Notes under the pieces: generated by a model
What the model saw: only the letters and a program-made list of their open reading frames with translations
What the model was told of the DNA's origin: nothing
Databases searched by the model: none
In this document: in pieces, positions 12,245-22,014 of the stretch
How the letters are laid out: each line of letters opens with the position of its first letter
How positions within the stretch are numbered: the first letter of the stretch is position 1
Translations under genes and position numbers: made by a program
Origin: Planctomycetota bacterium
GTDB taxonomy: Bacteria > Planctomycetota > B15-G4 > SIAN01
Assembly: GCA_031409275.1 (NCBI GenBank)
Contig: JANNXA010000034.1
Location: 150,120-214,119, forward strand
Length of the DNA: 64,000 nucleotides
Direction of reading: 5' to 3'

Positions 12245-12319
12245 GAACCCGCGGTGGGGCGGCTCCAGCGGGGAGCCGCCGCCGCCTTGCCGCGCGAGCG
12301 AGGGCGACGATCCGCGGCC

Positions 12320-12860
12320 ATGGACCCCTTCCCGCGGAACGAGCTCTCGCGCGGTCAGTTCACGATCGGCGCCCTGAGCGGGCTGCTGACGACGAGCGTC
12401 CTCCAGACCCTGCGGGCGGCCGTCGACTTCGATCGCCTCACCAAGGAGGTCGCGTTCCCCGATTCGGGCGAGCGATCGGTGGGCTTCGACTTCCCCCAGC
12501 CCCGAGGGGCTCGCGCTCACGTTCGGGAAGCAGATCTTCGTGCTCGGGAAGGGGCGCTCGATCGTGCCGCACGGACACAACAACATGGCCACCGCCTTCG
12601 ATGTCCTGAAGGGCGAGTTCCATGGTCGTCATTTCGAGCGCGTCGAGGACATGGTGATCGAGCCGACGATCGACCGCAAGTTCGGTCCGGCCGAGGCGTC
12701 GACGATCAGCGACTACAAGGACAACGAACCTCTTCGTTGCGGCCGCAGCGATCCGAGCAACTTCCTCATCGGGTCGGACGGTCGAATCGCGTGGCGGGCA
12801 CTCGGCTGCGACGAGACCGCCTTGCGCACGGCCCTCGAAAACGTCGTCAAGGCGAAGTGA
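12320..12860 (+). pseudogene. Frameshifted cupin-like gene fragment joined to a thioredoxin-like C-terminus
   Basis: Frame change in the C-run near 12500 joins ...FDFPQ to PEGLALTFGKQIF..PHGHNNM; ends PSNFLIGSDGRIAWRALG. Confidence 0.5.
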
Positions 12861-12893
12861 AGTGCGCCGCGATCGACCCTTCGGTCGTCGCGT

Positions 12894-14576
12894 TCACTTC
12901 AGCTTCACGTAGTCGACGTACGCCACCATCATCTCGTCGCTGGTCTGCTCGCCGACGTGGACCCGCTGCGAGGGGTCGGGGTTGCGCGGGTTCGCGGCGG
13001 AGTTGTCGTAGGCGGCGTTGAGGACGAGCTCGTCGCCTGGTTCGAGGCGCAGCGGATCGCGCAACTCGTAGGTGTGCTGCCAGCCGAAGTCGTAGCGCGG
13101 CACGTCGAGCAGGATGCGCCGCGTGCCGTCGACTCGCGCAAGCTCGATGCGGAAGGCGTGGCCGCGCCAATGCATGTGAGGCATCAGTGCCGTGACCAGG
13201 ATCGGCTCGCGGAACGGTTCGGTGCGCGTGAAGCGGGTGTCGGCTGCGAACGGCTCGAGCTCGACCTTCGGATTGGCGATCGTCCAGTTGGCGACTTCGC
13301 GCGTCACCGGAGCCCGCGCGAAGCGAAGCGCCATGCGCGTGCGATCGGTGGTCGCCTTGCCATTGGGCGTGTAGTGCAGTTGGAAGAGGAATCGCGTGCC
13401 ACGTGCGACACGTTTGGCCATTCCGTCCGCGAGCTCGATCGGCCGTCCGCCCGGCGCGCTGCCGGCGAAAAGGAGGTTCGGGTTCAAGACGCGCTGGTTC
13501 AGGCCGGGCGGCAGCAGGAAGACGCCGATGTGGTGGGTCACCTCCCGATTGCCGGGTCGCACCTCGATCGCCTGCACCAGGCGATCCTCGGTGAAGTGCG
13601 GGTCGACTGGCACGTAGCGGTAGGGGACGACCCCCTCCGCCGGGATCGGCTGCGGCGCGGGCAGCTCGACGACGACGTCGGGCGTGCCGATCGACCACTC
13701 GGCGCTGTCGAAGCGCGGTGCCGGTGGCGCGTCGCTCGCGTCGCCCAGCGCGGCGCCGCTCGCATTCCAGTCGTGCAGCGTCCGCTTCTCCGTGTCGGTG
13801 AGGCTGCGCTCGTTCGTGAAGTGCCCGTAACGCGGATCGGCATGCCATGGCGGCATGCGGCCATCGGCGACCACCTCGGCGATCTGCGGCGCCCAACCTC
13901 GCGTCTCCGCGCCATCGAGGAAGCTCATCGGCCCGATGTCGCCAGGATGGTGGCACTCGACGCAGCGCGTCCACAGGATCGGCGCGACGTCGCGGAAGAA
14001 CGTCGGTGCGGCGGGCGCGGCGGGGCGCAGCTTCGTCAACGCGACACCCGCCGACGTGCCGTCGTCGTCGGACGCAGCGGAGCTGGCGATCGGCTGCGCC
14101 ACCAACACCGCCGCGATCGCATCGGCCAGCGGTTGCGCGCTGGCGAGGTCGAATCGCGCGAGCTCGACGAACTCGCGGTCGAGCAGCAGCGCGGTCGCGG
14201 TCGTCGTCACTCCAAGCCGCTCGCACACCGCCTGCAGCGGATCGCGCAGCAGCGGGAAGTCGAGCTTCGCAGAGTGCGCGAAGGCCTGCAGCTCCAGCGC
14301 GTCGTCCGCCGCCGCCGGATCGATCGCGAGGAAGCGCACGCCGCGCGGCGCCTGCGCGCGCGCAAGCTCGCCCATCGTCGGTGCCAGCGTTCGCGTCGCC
14401 GCGCAATCGAGCGCCGCGATCCACAGCACCGTGCAGCGGCGCGCCGCGTCCTCGGCGACGAGATGGACGCGCTGGCCATCGCTCGCTTCGAGCAGGAAGT
14501 CGCTCAGCGGTCGCGCGTCGGGGGCGGCGAGCGACAGCGTGCCCAGCGCGAGGAGCGCAGCCAGCGGACGTTTCAT
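12894..14576 (-). CDS. Secreted redoxin + cytochrome c + copper monooxygenase-like (PHM/DBH-type) protein
   Basis: Signal peptide; AhpC/TSA-like N-domain; CVECH; MPPWHAD; HH, LHY, PHMH and DEMM motifs. Confidence 0.8.
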   Translation of the reverse strand: MKRPLAALLALGTLSLAAPDARPLSDFLLEASDGQRVHLVAEDAARRCTVLWIAALDCAATRTLAPTMGELARAQAPRGVRFLAIDPAAADDALELQAFAHSAKLDFPLLRDPLQAVCERLGVTTTATALLLDREFVELARFDLASAQPLADAIAAVLVAQPIASSAASDDDGTSAGVALTKLRPAAPAAPTFFRDVAPILWTRCVECHHPGDIGPMSFLDGAETRGWAPQIAEVVADGRMPPWHADPRYGHFTNERSLTDTEKRTLHDWNASGAALGDASDAPPAPRFDSAEWSIGTPDVVVELPAPQPIPAEGVVPYRYVPVDPHFTEDRLVQAIEVRPGNREVTHHIGVFLLPPGLNQRVLNPNLLFAGSAPGGRPIELADGMAKRVARGTRFLFQLHYTPNGKATTDRTRMALRFARAPVTREVANWTIANPKVELEPFAADTRFTRTEPFREPILVTALMPHMHWRGHAFRIELARVDGTRRILLDVPRYDFGWQHTYELRDPLRLEPGDELVLNAAYDNSAANPRNPDPSQRVHVGEQTSDEMMVAYVDYVKLK

Positions 14577-14580
14577 CGCG

Positions 14581-17500
14581 TCACTTCGCTTCCCATTGCA
14601 GGCGCGGTCGCGGCCGAGCTTCGGGCAGTTGCTGCGCCATGGTGCGCGCATCGAAGAGTCGGCCGTTCGCACAGGTGAGCTCGATCGAATCGCTGTTTTC
14701 GAGCCGCTCGAGCGGGTTCTTTGCCATCACCACGAAGTCGGCGAGCTTGCCCTGGTCGAGCGAGCCGAGCTCTCCGTCGAGGCCGAGGTACCAGGCGCCG
14801 TAGTGGGTCGCGCAGCGGATCGCCTCCAGCGGCGAAAGACCGCCCTGCCCCAGCATCCACAGCTCCCAGTGGGCGCCGAGGCCCTGCAGCTGGCCGTGCG
14901 CGCCGAGCTGCAGATGGCCGCCGGCGCGCAGGATCTTCGCGCACGCCTGGGCGACCTTGACGTGCTGGAAGTCGTCATCGAACGCGAAGACGTCGCGTCG
15001 GCGCGACTTCGCCTCGAGCCAGCCGGGCGGCGAGAGCGAGAGGAGCGGCTGCTTCTCGAAGACGCGGTCGTGCTGGTACCACCAGTACTCGCCGTTCAGG
15101 CCGCCGTAGGTGACGATCAGCGTCGGCGTGATGCCGGTGCCCGATTGGCCGAAGAGGTTGGCGACGTCGGCGTAGATCGGAGCCACCGGCAGGTTGTGCT
15201 CGACGCCAGTGTGGCCGTCGAGGCACATGGTGAGGTTGTGCGCCAGCAGCGAGCCGCCCTCGGGCACCACCAGCATCTGCTCTTCGCGAGCGGCCGCGAC
15301 GACCCACTGGCGCTGGTTGCGACGCGGCTGGTTGTAGCTCTTCACGCTGAAGGCGCCGACCGCCTTCAGCCGCTTCAAGTGGTGGCGCGCGTCGTCGAGC
15401 GAGTCGATCTCCGCCTTGTTCGGGTTCTTCGCGCCATAGAGGATGAATCCGGTCGAGTCGACGCGCGGGCCGACCATGCGACCACTCTTGACGAGCTCTG
15501 ATTGCGCGAAGACGAGCTCCGTCGGCGCCGAAGGATCGTGCGTCGTGGTGACGCCATAGGCGAGGTTGACCACGTATTCCCACGGCTGCGTCGGCTGCAC
15601 GTCGAGCGCGTTGTAGTGCAGGTGCGCGTGGACATCGATGATCCCCGGCATCACCGTCTTGCCGCGGCCGTCGACGACGGTCGTGCCGGCGGGGACCGTG
15701 GTGGTCGCGCTCGGACCGAGGCCGACGATGTGGTTGCCCTCGACGATCAGCGTTCCCTCCTCGATCACCTCGTCGCCGCGCATCGTGATGAGGCGCGCGC
15801 CAACGAGGGCGAAGCGACCGCTCGGTGCGTCGCCCGGTGCGCTGGCGTCGAGCGCCACGAGGCTCGCATCGGGGCGCACCCCTTGCGCATTGAACTCGGC
15901 GGGCTTGTCGGCGGGCTTCGTCTCCGCGGGCGGTGTCGTCGCCGGCGGGATCGCGGCGGCGGCCTTCGCCGCTTCCGGTGCGAAGAGCGGCGCGACTTCC
16001 TGCACGGCGAACTGCGGCCCGAGCGCCCACGTGAGGTACTTGCTGTCGGCGCTCCAGGTCGGCCAGCTCCCGCCGATCTCGGTGAGCTTCTTCACGGGCA
16101 TCGGGGCGCCGTTGCGGCCGATGGTCAGCGCGCGCCCGACGGCCGAAGGGAACGGCGCGACGTAGATTTGATGCTGCTCTTTCCAGGCGACCCACTTCAG
16201 GTCGGGTGAAGGTGCGATCTCCTCGGCATCCTCGTTGGTGGCGAGCGTCAGCTTCTCGCGTCCATCGAGCGTCGCGCGCACCAGCACCGTGCCGGCGCCC
16301 CCATCCTCGAACCACATCAACTGCTGGCCATCGGGGGCGAAGAAGAGGCGCGGCATGCGCCGGTTGGTGCCGCGATTGCTGGTCGTCGTGAGTTCGTGCG
16401 GTGGAGCGCCGGCGCTGGCATCGACGACGAGCCACGCGATGCGCAGCGAATCTCCCGCGAGCGATTCACCGCGCGCCGTCGCATCGCTGCCGAGCAGGAA
16501 TGCGATCTCGTTGCCAATCGGCGAGAACGCCGGATTGGCGATGATCCCCGGCTGCTCGTAGCGGACGCTCGGCGCGCCGCCGCCGTCGCTCGGCACCAGC
16601 CAGAGCTTCCCGCCGACGCCATTCTCGAAGGTCGTGAAGGCGAGCACGCGGCCGTCGGCCGAGAGCGCCGGCGCGTAGGCGAGCGCGCCAGGCGCGGTGG
16701 CGATCGCCGTCGCCGCACCGCCCGCGCGCGGCTGCTTCCAGATCTGTCCGAGCGCCTGGAACCAGATCGTCGCGCCGTCGGGCGACAGGAGCGGCCAGCG
16801 GATCATCTTCGCGTGGACGGTCGGCTCGAAGACGGGCCGCGCGAAACGCAGCGCTTCATGCACTTTGTGGGTGGTCTTCGCGTGGAAGGGAATCCACGTC
16901 GTGCGGCCGCTCGTCGCGCCCTCCGCGGCATCGATGCGCGCGAGCTTGCCGCCCGCCGTCACCACGATCGCCGAGCTGTCGGGCAGCCAGCAGTAGCCGG
17001 GAAAGGTGCCGTGCGTGGACCACGTCTCCATCGTGTCGTGGTCGAGCCCATCGAAGAGAAGGCGCTCGCGGCCCGATGCGAGGTCGCGCACGAAGAGCGC
17101 GGTCTTCAGTCCCGCGCGGCGTACCAGCGCCACCGACTTGCCGTCGGGGGACGGACGTGGCCGGCAGGCGCCGCCGCTGCCATCGCTGAAGGGCTCGCGC
17201 TTGCCGTTGGCGCGATCGATGCGCGAAACCGCGTAGATCCCCTGGTAGGGGTTCTTGTTGTAGGCGAAGTCGCCGGCGTGGCTGAAGTAGAGCCAGCGCC
17301 CGTCCTTGCTGATGGCCGGCTCGTTCACGTCCGCGGTGTTCGAGCTCTTCTCGGTCAGCTGGACCCCGGCGCCGCCGCCGTTCGCCGCATACATCCAGAC
17401 CTCGCCGGCGCCGAGCGACCGGGTGTCGGTGAAGTGCTTGCGCGCCAGGATCCACTCGCCGTCGGGCATCCACTCGGGGCAATGGACGAGACGGAAGTCC

Positions 17501-17985
17501 TCCTTGGTCACCTGGCGCAGGTCGCTGCCGTCGCGCGCGCAGCTCCAGATGTTGTCGGCGCCGCCGCGATCGCTGACGAAGGCGATGCGCGCGCCGCTCG
17601 GGCTGAAGCGTGGCTGCCACTCCCACGCCGCGCCGCCCAGCAGGAGTGTCGCCTCGCCGCCGGCGATCGGCAGCGTCCAGACGTCGCCCAGCAGATCGAA
17701 CAGCAGCGTCTGCCCGTCGGGGCTGACGTCGACCTGCATCCAGGTCCCCTCGTCGGTGTCGATGGTGACGTCGCGCGTCGGTCCGAACGGCACCGTGACA
17801 TCCCAGTCGGTGGGGGCGGCGCGCGGCGGATCGAGCAGCGGCCCGGTCGGGGCGCGGCCGCCCGCGCAGCACTCGTCGCCGGTCGGCGGCAGCGCGGCCG
17901 GCAATGCGGTTAAGGGCGCCGCGGCGGCGAGGCCGATGAGCGGCAAGAGAGTGCACGCGAAACGCGACGGGAGGTGGTGTGCCAT
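14581..17985 (-). CDS. Secreted amidohydrolase with TolB/PD40 beta-propeller repeats
   Basis: DVSPDG/FSPSG repeats; PGIIDVHAH, GVTTTHDP, GAHGQ, GKLADFV. Confidence 0.88.
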   Translation of the reverse strand: MAHHLPSRFACTLLPLIGLAAAAPLTALPAALPPTGDECCAGGRAPTGPLLDPPRAAPTDWDVTVPFGPTRDVTIDTDEGTWMQVDVSPDGQTLLFDLLGDVWTLPIAGGEATLLLGGAAWEWQPRFSPSGARIAFVSDRGGADNIWSCARDGSDLRQVTKEDFRLVHCPEWMPDGEWILARKHFTDTRSLGAGEVWMYAANGGGAGVQLTEKSSNTADVNEPAISKDGRWLYFSHAGDFAYNKNPYQGIYAVSRIDRANGKREPFSDGSGGACRPRPSPDGKSVALVRRAGLKTALFVRDLASGRERLLFDGLDHDTMETWSTHGTFPGYCWLPDSSAIVVTAGGKLARIDAAEGATSGRTTWIPFHAKTTHKVHEALRFARPVFEPTVHAKMIRWPLLSPDGATIWFQALGQIWKQPRAGGAATAIATAPGALAYAPALSADGRVLAFTTFENGVGGKLWLVPSDGGGAPSVRYEQPGIIANPAFSPIGNEIAFLLGSDATARGESLAGDSLRIAWLVVDASAGAPPHELTTTSNRGTNRRMPRLFFAPDGQQLMWFEDGGAGTVLVRATLDGREKLTLATNEDAEEIAPSPDLKWVAWKEQHQIYVAPFPSAVGRALTIGRNGAPMPVKKLTEIGGSWPTWSADSKYLTWALGPQFAVQEVAPLFAPEAAKAAAAIPPATTPPAETKPADKPAEFNAQGVRPDASLVALDASAPGDAPSGRFALVGARLITMRGDEVIEEGTLIVEGNHIVGLGPSATTTVPAGTTVVDGRGKTVMPGIIDVHAHLHYNALDVQPTQPWEYVVNLAYGVTTTHDPSAPTELVFAQSELVKSGRMVGPRVDSTGFILYGAKNPNKAEIDSLDDARHHLKRLKAVGAFSVKSYNQPRRNQRQWVVAAAREEQMLVVPEGGSLLAHNLTMCLDGHTGVEHNLPVAPIYADVANLFGQSGTGITPTLIVTYGGLNGEYWWYQHDRVFEKQPLLSLSPPGWLEAKSRRRDVFAFDDDFQHVKVAQACAKILRAGGHLQLGAHGQLQGLGAHWELWMLGQGGLSPLEAIRCATHYGAWYLGLDGELGSLDQGKLADFVVMAKNPLERLENSDSIELTCANGRLFDARTMAQQLPEARPRPRLQWEAK

Positions 17986-18049
17986 AGGGCGACCATGTTG
18001 CCGCGTCGTGCGCGTGCGGGAAGGGTATGGCCGAGTGGCAGGAGGCGCG

Positions 18050-19369
18050 ATGAGGTCCGATCGTCGATCGTTCGCGCGCGGCCTCGGCATCGTGGGGGGG
18101 CTGCTGCTCGCTCCGGCGCCAACGCAGGCTTCCGGCGATGGCGCGCGCGCCGCCAAGGGCCAGTTCCTCGGCCCCGCCACCTGCGACTCGACCCACTGCC
18201 ATGGCGCCGCACGACCCGCCGATGGCCGCGTCCGACAGGATGAGTTCGCGACCTGGTTCGCGCGCGACGACCATCGCCGCGCATGGGAAGCGCTCTCGGC
18301 GCCGCTCGGTCGCGCGATGGGCGAGCGGCTCGGGATCGACGCGACGAAGGCGGCCGAGTGTCTCGTCTGCCACGCCGGATCGGAGAGCGCCGGCGCCAAC
18401 GTCGCCGACTTCGGCGTCAGCTGCGAGGCGTGCCACGGCGCGGCCTCGGGCTGGTACGGGACGCACTTCCAACGAGGATTCGATCGCGCGACGGCGGTTC
18501 GCGAGCTCGGCCTCAACGACACGTTGGACCCGGTGGCTCTCGCCGCGACCTGCGTGCGTTGCCACGTCGGCGATGCGACGCACGTCGTCGACCATCGGTT
18601 GATCGCGGCGGGCCATCCCGACCTCGCGTTCGAAGCGGGCTCCTTCCTGCTCTCGATGAGTCCCCATTGGCGGCAGCGGGGCGCGACGAGCCGCGACTGG
18701 TTCACTCGCGCGGCGCTGGCGGGCCCGCTGGTGGCGCTCGAAGCGCAGCTCGAGAAGCTCGCGCGCGAGGCCGCCGGATCGCTCGACTTCTCGAGCCGCG
18801 AATGCTCCTCCTGCCATCACGACCTCGCGGACGGCGGATGGGATCAGCTACGCGAGTGGCGGCTTGCGCATGGTCTTTCGGTCCCGATCGGCCGACCGCT
18901 CCTCGACGCGTCGCGCTTCGTCACCGCGGGTGCTGTGGCGAGCGCGGTCGATGCGACTCGCGGCGCCGCGCTGCGCGAAACGCTTCACCACATGGAGCAG
19001 CTCGCCAACGCGCAACCGTTCGACGGCGCGGCCTTCACCGGCGCGGTCGAGCTTGCCGGCCAGCAGGTGCAGCCACTCTTCGACCTGTTGCAGGCGCGCA
19101 CCGAAGCGGAGTCGCTGGCGCGCGAGGTCGTGACCGCGCTCTCACGCGAGGGCGATCGCCTCGCCGGCCACGGCATGAAGGCCGCGGAGCAGGCCGCGCA
19201 GCTGATCCACTCACTGCAGACGACGTTCGATGAAGCGAGCTGGAACGTCGCGCCGGGCGGTGCCGCTGCGGCGATCCGCGCGCGCCTGCTGGCGCCGCTC
19301 ACGAGGCCGGCAGAGTTCCGGCCGGCCGACTTCGCACGCGAGTGGAAAGCGACGACCGAGCGGGAGTGA
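18050..19369 (+). CDS. Multiheme c-type cytochrome (c554-like)
   Basis: CDSTHCH, CLVCH, CEACH, CVRCH, CSSCH; signal peptide; GGAGG RBS. Confidence 0.85.
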   Translation: MRSDRRSFARGLGIVGGLLLAPAPTQASGDGARAAKGQFLGPATCDSTHCHGAARPADGRVRQDEFATWFARDDHRRAWEALSAPLGRAMGERLGIDATKAAECLVCHAGSESAGANVADFGVSCEACHGAASGWYGTHFQRGFDRATAVRELGLNDTLDPVALAATCVRCHVGDATHVVDHRLIAAGHPDLAFEAGSFLLSMSPHWRQRGATSRDWFTRAALAGPLVALEAQLEKLAREAAGSLDFSSRECSSCHHDLADGGWDQLREWRLAHGLSVPIGRPLLDASRFVTAGAVASAVDATRGAALRETLHHMEQLANAQPFDGAAFTGAVELAGQQVQPLFDLLQARTEAESLAREVVTALSREGDRLAGHGMKAAEQAAQLIHSLQTTFDEASWNVAPGGAAAAIRARLLAPLTRPAEFRPADFAREWKATTERE

Positions 19370-19633
19370 GAACGGGGCGGAGCGCCGCCGCGAGGTCCAC
19401 GCGTGCCGCAGTTCGCGCCGGCGCACCATCGGTCGCTTCCGATCCATATCCGGCGCACGTCCTACGGCGATGTTCTCGCCGATCGACGAAAGGTACGTGA
19501 TCGGCGCCGCGCTCGGCAGTCGTATGCGCGGTTTGAACAATCGTCCATGGATCGGTGGCCGGACCGGACGTCTGTCGCGTTGCGGGTCCGCGCACGTCGT
19601 TTGCATTGGCACGAACACTCCCTGGAGCAGTTC

Positions 19634-19870
19634 ATGCACAAGGCATCTGACGACTCGACACAGCTCTTCCGCGCGCGTGTCCGCCAACGCTGGGGGCATC
19701 TGAACGATGCGGATGTCGACCTGTTGTGCCTGCGCCGGGCGAAGGCGCTGGAGGTGCTTGGTCCGATGCGTTACGCGAAGCATGTGGCAGATGCGATGGG
19801 GTCGATCGAGTGGCTGCGCGTGCTGTCGGCGCCGCTGGCGCGCGCCACGAACGCGCAGCGCGCGCCATGA
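19634..19870 (+). CDS. Small protein resembling CsbD/YjbJ (divergent)
   Basis: VRQRWGHLNDADVD resembles the K..WGKLTDDDL motif; GGAG RBS. Confidence 0.4.
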   Translation: MHKASDDSTQLFRARVRQRWGHLNDADVDLLCLRRAKALEVLGPMRYAKHVADAMGSIEWLRVLSAPLARATNAQRAP

Positions 19871-20163
19871 GCGGTCTCAATGAAAATCCAGATCGCTTCG
19901 ACGGCGCCCTGAGCCTGCCGAGTCACCGAACGTTCGAAGGCGTGAGGAACTTCGGGGTTGCGACTCGGGAGGATGACGCGTTTCCGAATCAGGAAGCGGT
20001 CGAGCGCAGTCGGCGCTTCCTTGCTGCCGACTTCCTGTCCTTCAATCCGACGAATCCTCGGGTCCGCATCCGCGGATCGAATGACGGTTTGAGTTCTCAG
20101 CTGCTCGTCATCGCCATCTGCTTCCTGCTGCTCGCGACGCTCGGCACCCTGTCGATGTTCTAG
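19867..20163 (+). CDS. Small protein with C-terminal TM helix
   Basis: ATGA overlap with the previous ORF; hydrophobic C-terminus; stop TAG is part of the CTAG target site. Confidence 0.4.
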   Translation: MSGLNENPDRFDGALSLPSHRTFEGVRNFGVATREDDAFPNQEAVERSRRFLAADFLSFNPTNPRVRIRGSNDGLSSQLLVIAICFLLLATLGTLSMF

Positions 20164-21850
20164 CCCGAATAATTCACGAGCCATGAAACGCGAAAGCCCT
20201 CGGTGCGTACGAATCGCCTACCAGAGCTGATTCGAGGCAATCGAGGGGCTTTCAGCGTGTGCGACGATAACGAGCAGGGTGTTCTCTTCGCCAGTGGGTT
20301 GTCGCGGCGGATCGAGGTGCAGTTCGACGAGCCGGATACGACGTCGGATGGCGGTGCGGTGCTGCTGGCGCAGGTGGACCGCTCGCTCGGTCTGACGTCT
20401 TCTCTCGCGCGGGCGGTCCGCGAATGGCGGAGCGACTCCCGCATCGAGCATTCGCTCGAGTCGCTGGTGCGCCAGCGCGTGTTCGGCATCGCCTGCGGCT
20501 ACGCCGACTGCAACGACTCGGCGCGGCTGCGGCACGATCCGATGCAGCAGGAGCTGGCCGGCACGGCGGAGACTCACCTCGCCTCGCAGCCGACGCTGTC
20601 GCGCTTCGAGCGGCAGGTGTCGCGCGGGTCGCTGCTGCGGATGGGCGCGACGCTGACGGACTCGGTGATCGAGCGCCTGAAGAAGCGTCATCCTCGGGCG
20701 CGGCGGATCACGCTCGACCTCGACAGCACGGTCGATCCGACACACGGTCGCCAGCAGCTCTCGCTCTTCCACGGCAAGTACGGCACGTGGTGCTACCTGC
20801 CGCAGCTGTGCTTCGCGACGATCGACGGCGATCCGGAGCAGTACCTGCTGGCGGCGCTGCTGCGACCGGGGACGGCGCACGAGGTCGATGGCGGGCTGTG
20901 GCTGATCCGGCGGATGGTCGAGCGGCTGCGCGCCGCCTTCCCGATGGCGAAGGTGCGCGTGCGGCTCGATGCCGGATTTTCGGGTCCGGAGCTCTTCGCT
21001 CTGCTGAAGGAGCTCAAGGTCGAGTACGTGGTGTCGATGGCGGGGAACCCTGTACTCGCTCGCCGATCGGCGAAGCTCGTCGAATTCGCCTGGGAGCTGT
21101 CGGCGATCACGGGCCAGTCGGCGCGCTGCTACGGCGAGACGCGATACGCCGCGCGCAGCTGGAAGGGCGAGGCGCGGCGAGTGGTCTTCAAGGCGGAAGT
21201 GACGCGCGAGGGCGACAAGCCCGCGCGTGAGAATCCCCGCTACGTCGTCACGAACCTCCGCCGCGGCTCGCCGAAGTCGGTGTACGAGACGTACTGCCAG
21301 CGCGGCGATGTCGAGAACCGGATCAAGGAGCTGAAGGACGATCTTTCGATCGACCGCACCAGCTGCTCGAGCTTCGCCGCCAACCAGCTGCGGGTGCTGC
21401 TGACGGCGGCGGCGTACGCGCTCTATCAGGCGCTGCGCAGCGAGCTCGCACAGCGGGGCGAGGCGCGGGCGCAGGTCGGCACGATGCGGCTGCAGCTGAT
21501 CAAGATCGGCGCACGCGTCGTGCGCTCGGTGAGGCGCGTCGTGCTCCACCTTGCCGCGCAGCATCCTTGGCGCGACGCTTGGACAAGGCTCGCGCTGAGG
21601 CTCGGCGCGGTCCCGATCGCCACTCCGGCCTGATCGACGCCGACGCCGAGCGCGACGAACGGTGCCAAGAGCGGAGATGCTCCGTCCAGACCATGCGACG
21701 GAGCATGAAAACGGCTGTCGAAGCCTGCCTCAACCGCCCGAAAAGCAGCTCCGCGAGCAGGTCGACGCTGAACGCGCCGACGAAATCGCAACTAGGCGAC
21801 GCAGAGGGTGTCGACGGTGCCGGACGACTCGCGCTCATGAATAGGTCAGG
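20164..21850 (+). mobile_element. IS1380-family insertion sequence (1687 bp), CTAG duplication
   Basis: IRL CCCGAATAATTCACGAGC vs reverse-complemented IRR CCTGACCTATTCATGAGC (13/18); CTAG at 20160-20163 and 21851-21854. Confidence 0.9.
20257..21633 (+). CDS. IS1380-family DDE transposase
   Basis: TSDGGAVLL, LASQPTLSRFE, LDLDST, RLDAGF, YCQRGDVENRIKELK. Confidence 0.93.
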   Translation: MCDDNEQGVLFASGLSRRIEVQFDEPDTTSDGGAVLLAQVDRSLGLTSSLARAVREWRSDSRIEHSLESLVRQRVFGIACGYADCNDSARLRHDPMQQELAGTAETHLASQPTLSRFERQVSRGSLLRMGATLTDSVIERLKKRHPRARRITLDLDSTVDPTHGRQQLSLFHGKYGTWCYLPQLCFATIDGDPEQYLLAALLRPGTAHEVDGGLWLIRRMVERLRAAFPMAKVRVRLDAGFSGPELFALLKELKVEYVVSMAGNPVLARRSAKLVEFAWELSAITGQSARCYGETRYAARSWKGEARRVVFKAEVTREGDKPARENPRYVVTNLRRGSPKSVYETYCQRGDVENRIKELKDDLSIDRTSCSSFAANQLRVLLTAAAYALYQALRSELAQRGEARAQVGTMRLQLIKIGARVVRSVRRVVLHLAAQHPWRDAWTRLALRLGAVPIATPA

Positions 21851-21854
21851 CTAG

Positions 21855-22014
21855 CAGCCCGTTGGAGAACTCCCCGTGTCGCCTGGCGGCGTCTTTCAAG
21901 CCGCTACTTCGTCGGAGTCTCTCGACAACTCACAGGGGAGTTGGCTTCGAACCTCCTCCTCGTCCCGACTCGAAATCCGCTCGCCAGACTCGCGGTGACT
22001 TCTCCAACGGGCTG
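21855..22014. mobile_element. MITE (160 bp) flanked by CTAG
   Basis: Terminal IRs CAGCCCGTTGGAGAActCcCCG (20/22 match); CTAG at 21851-21854 and 22015-22018; no transposase. Confidence 0.85.
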
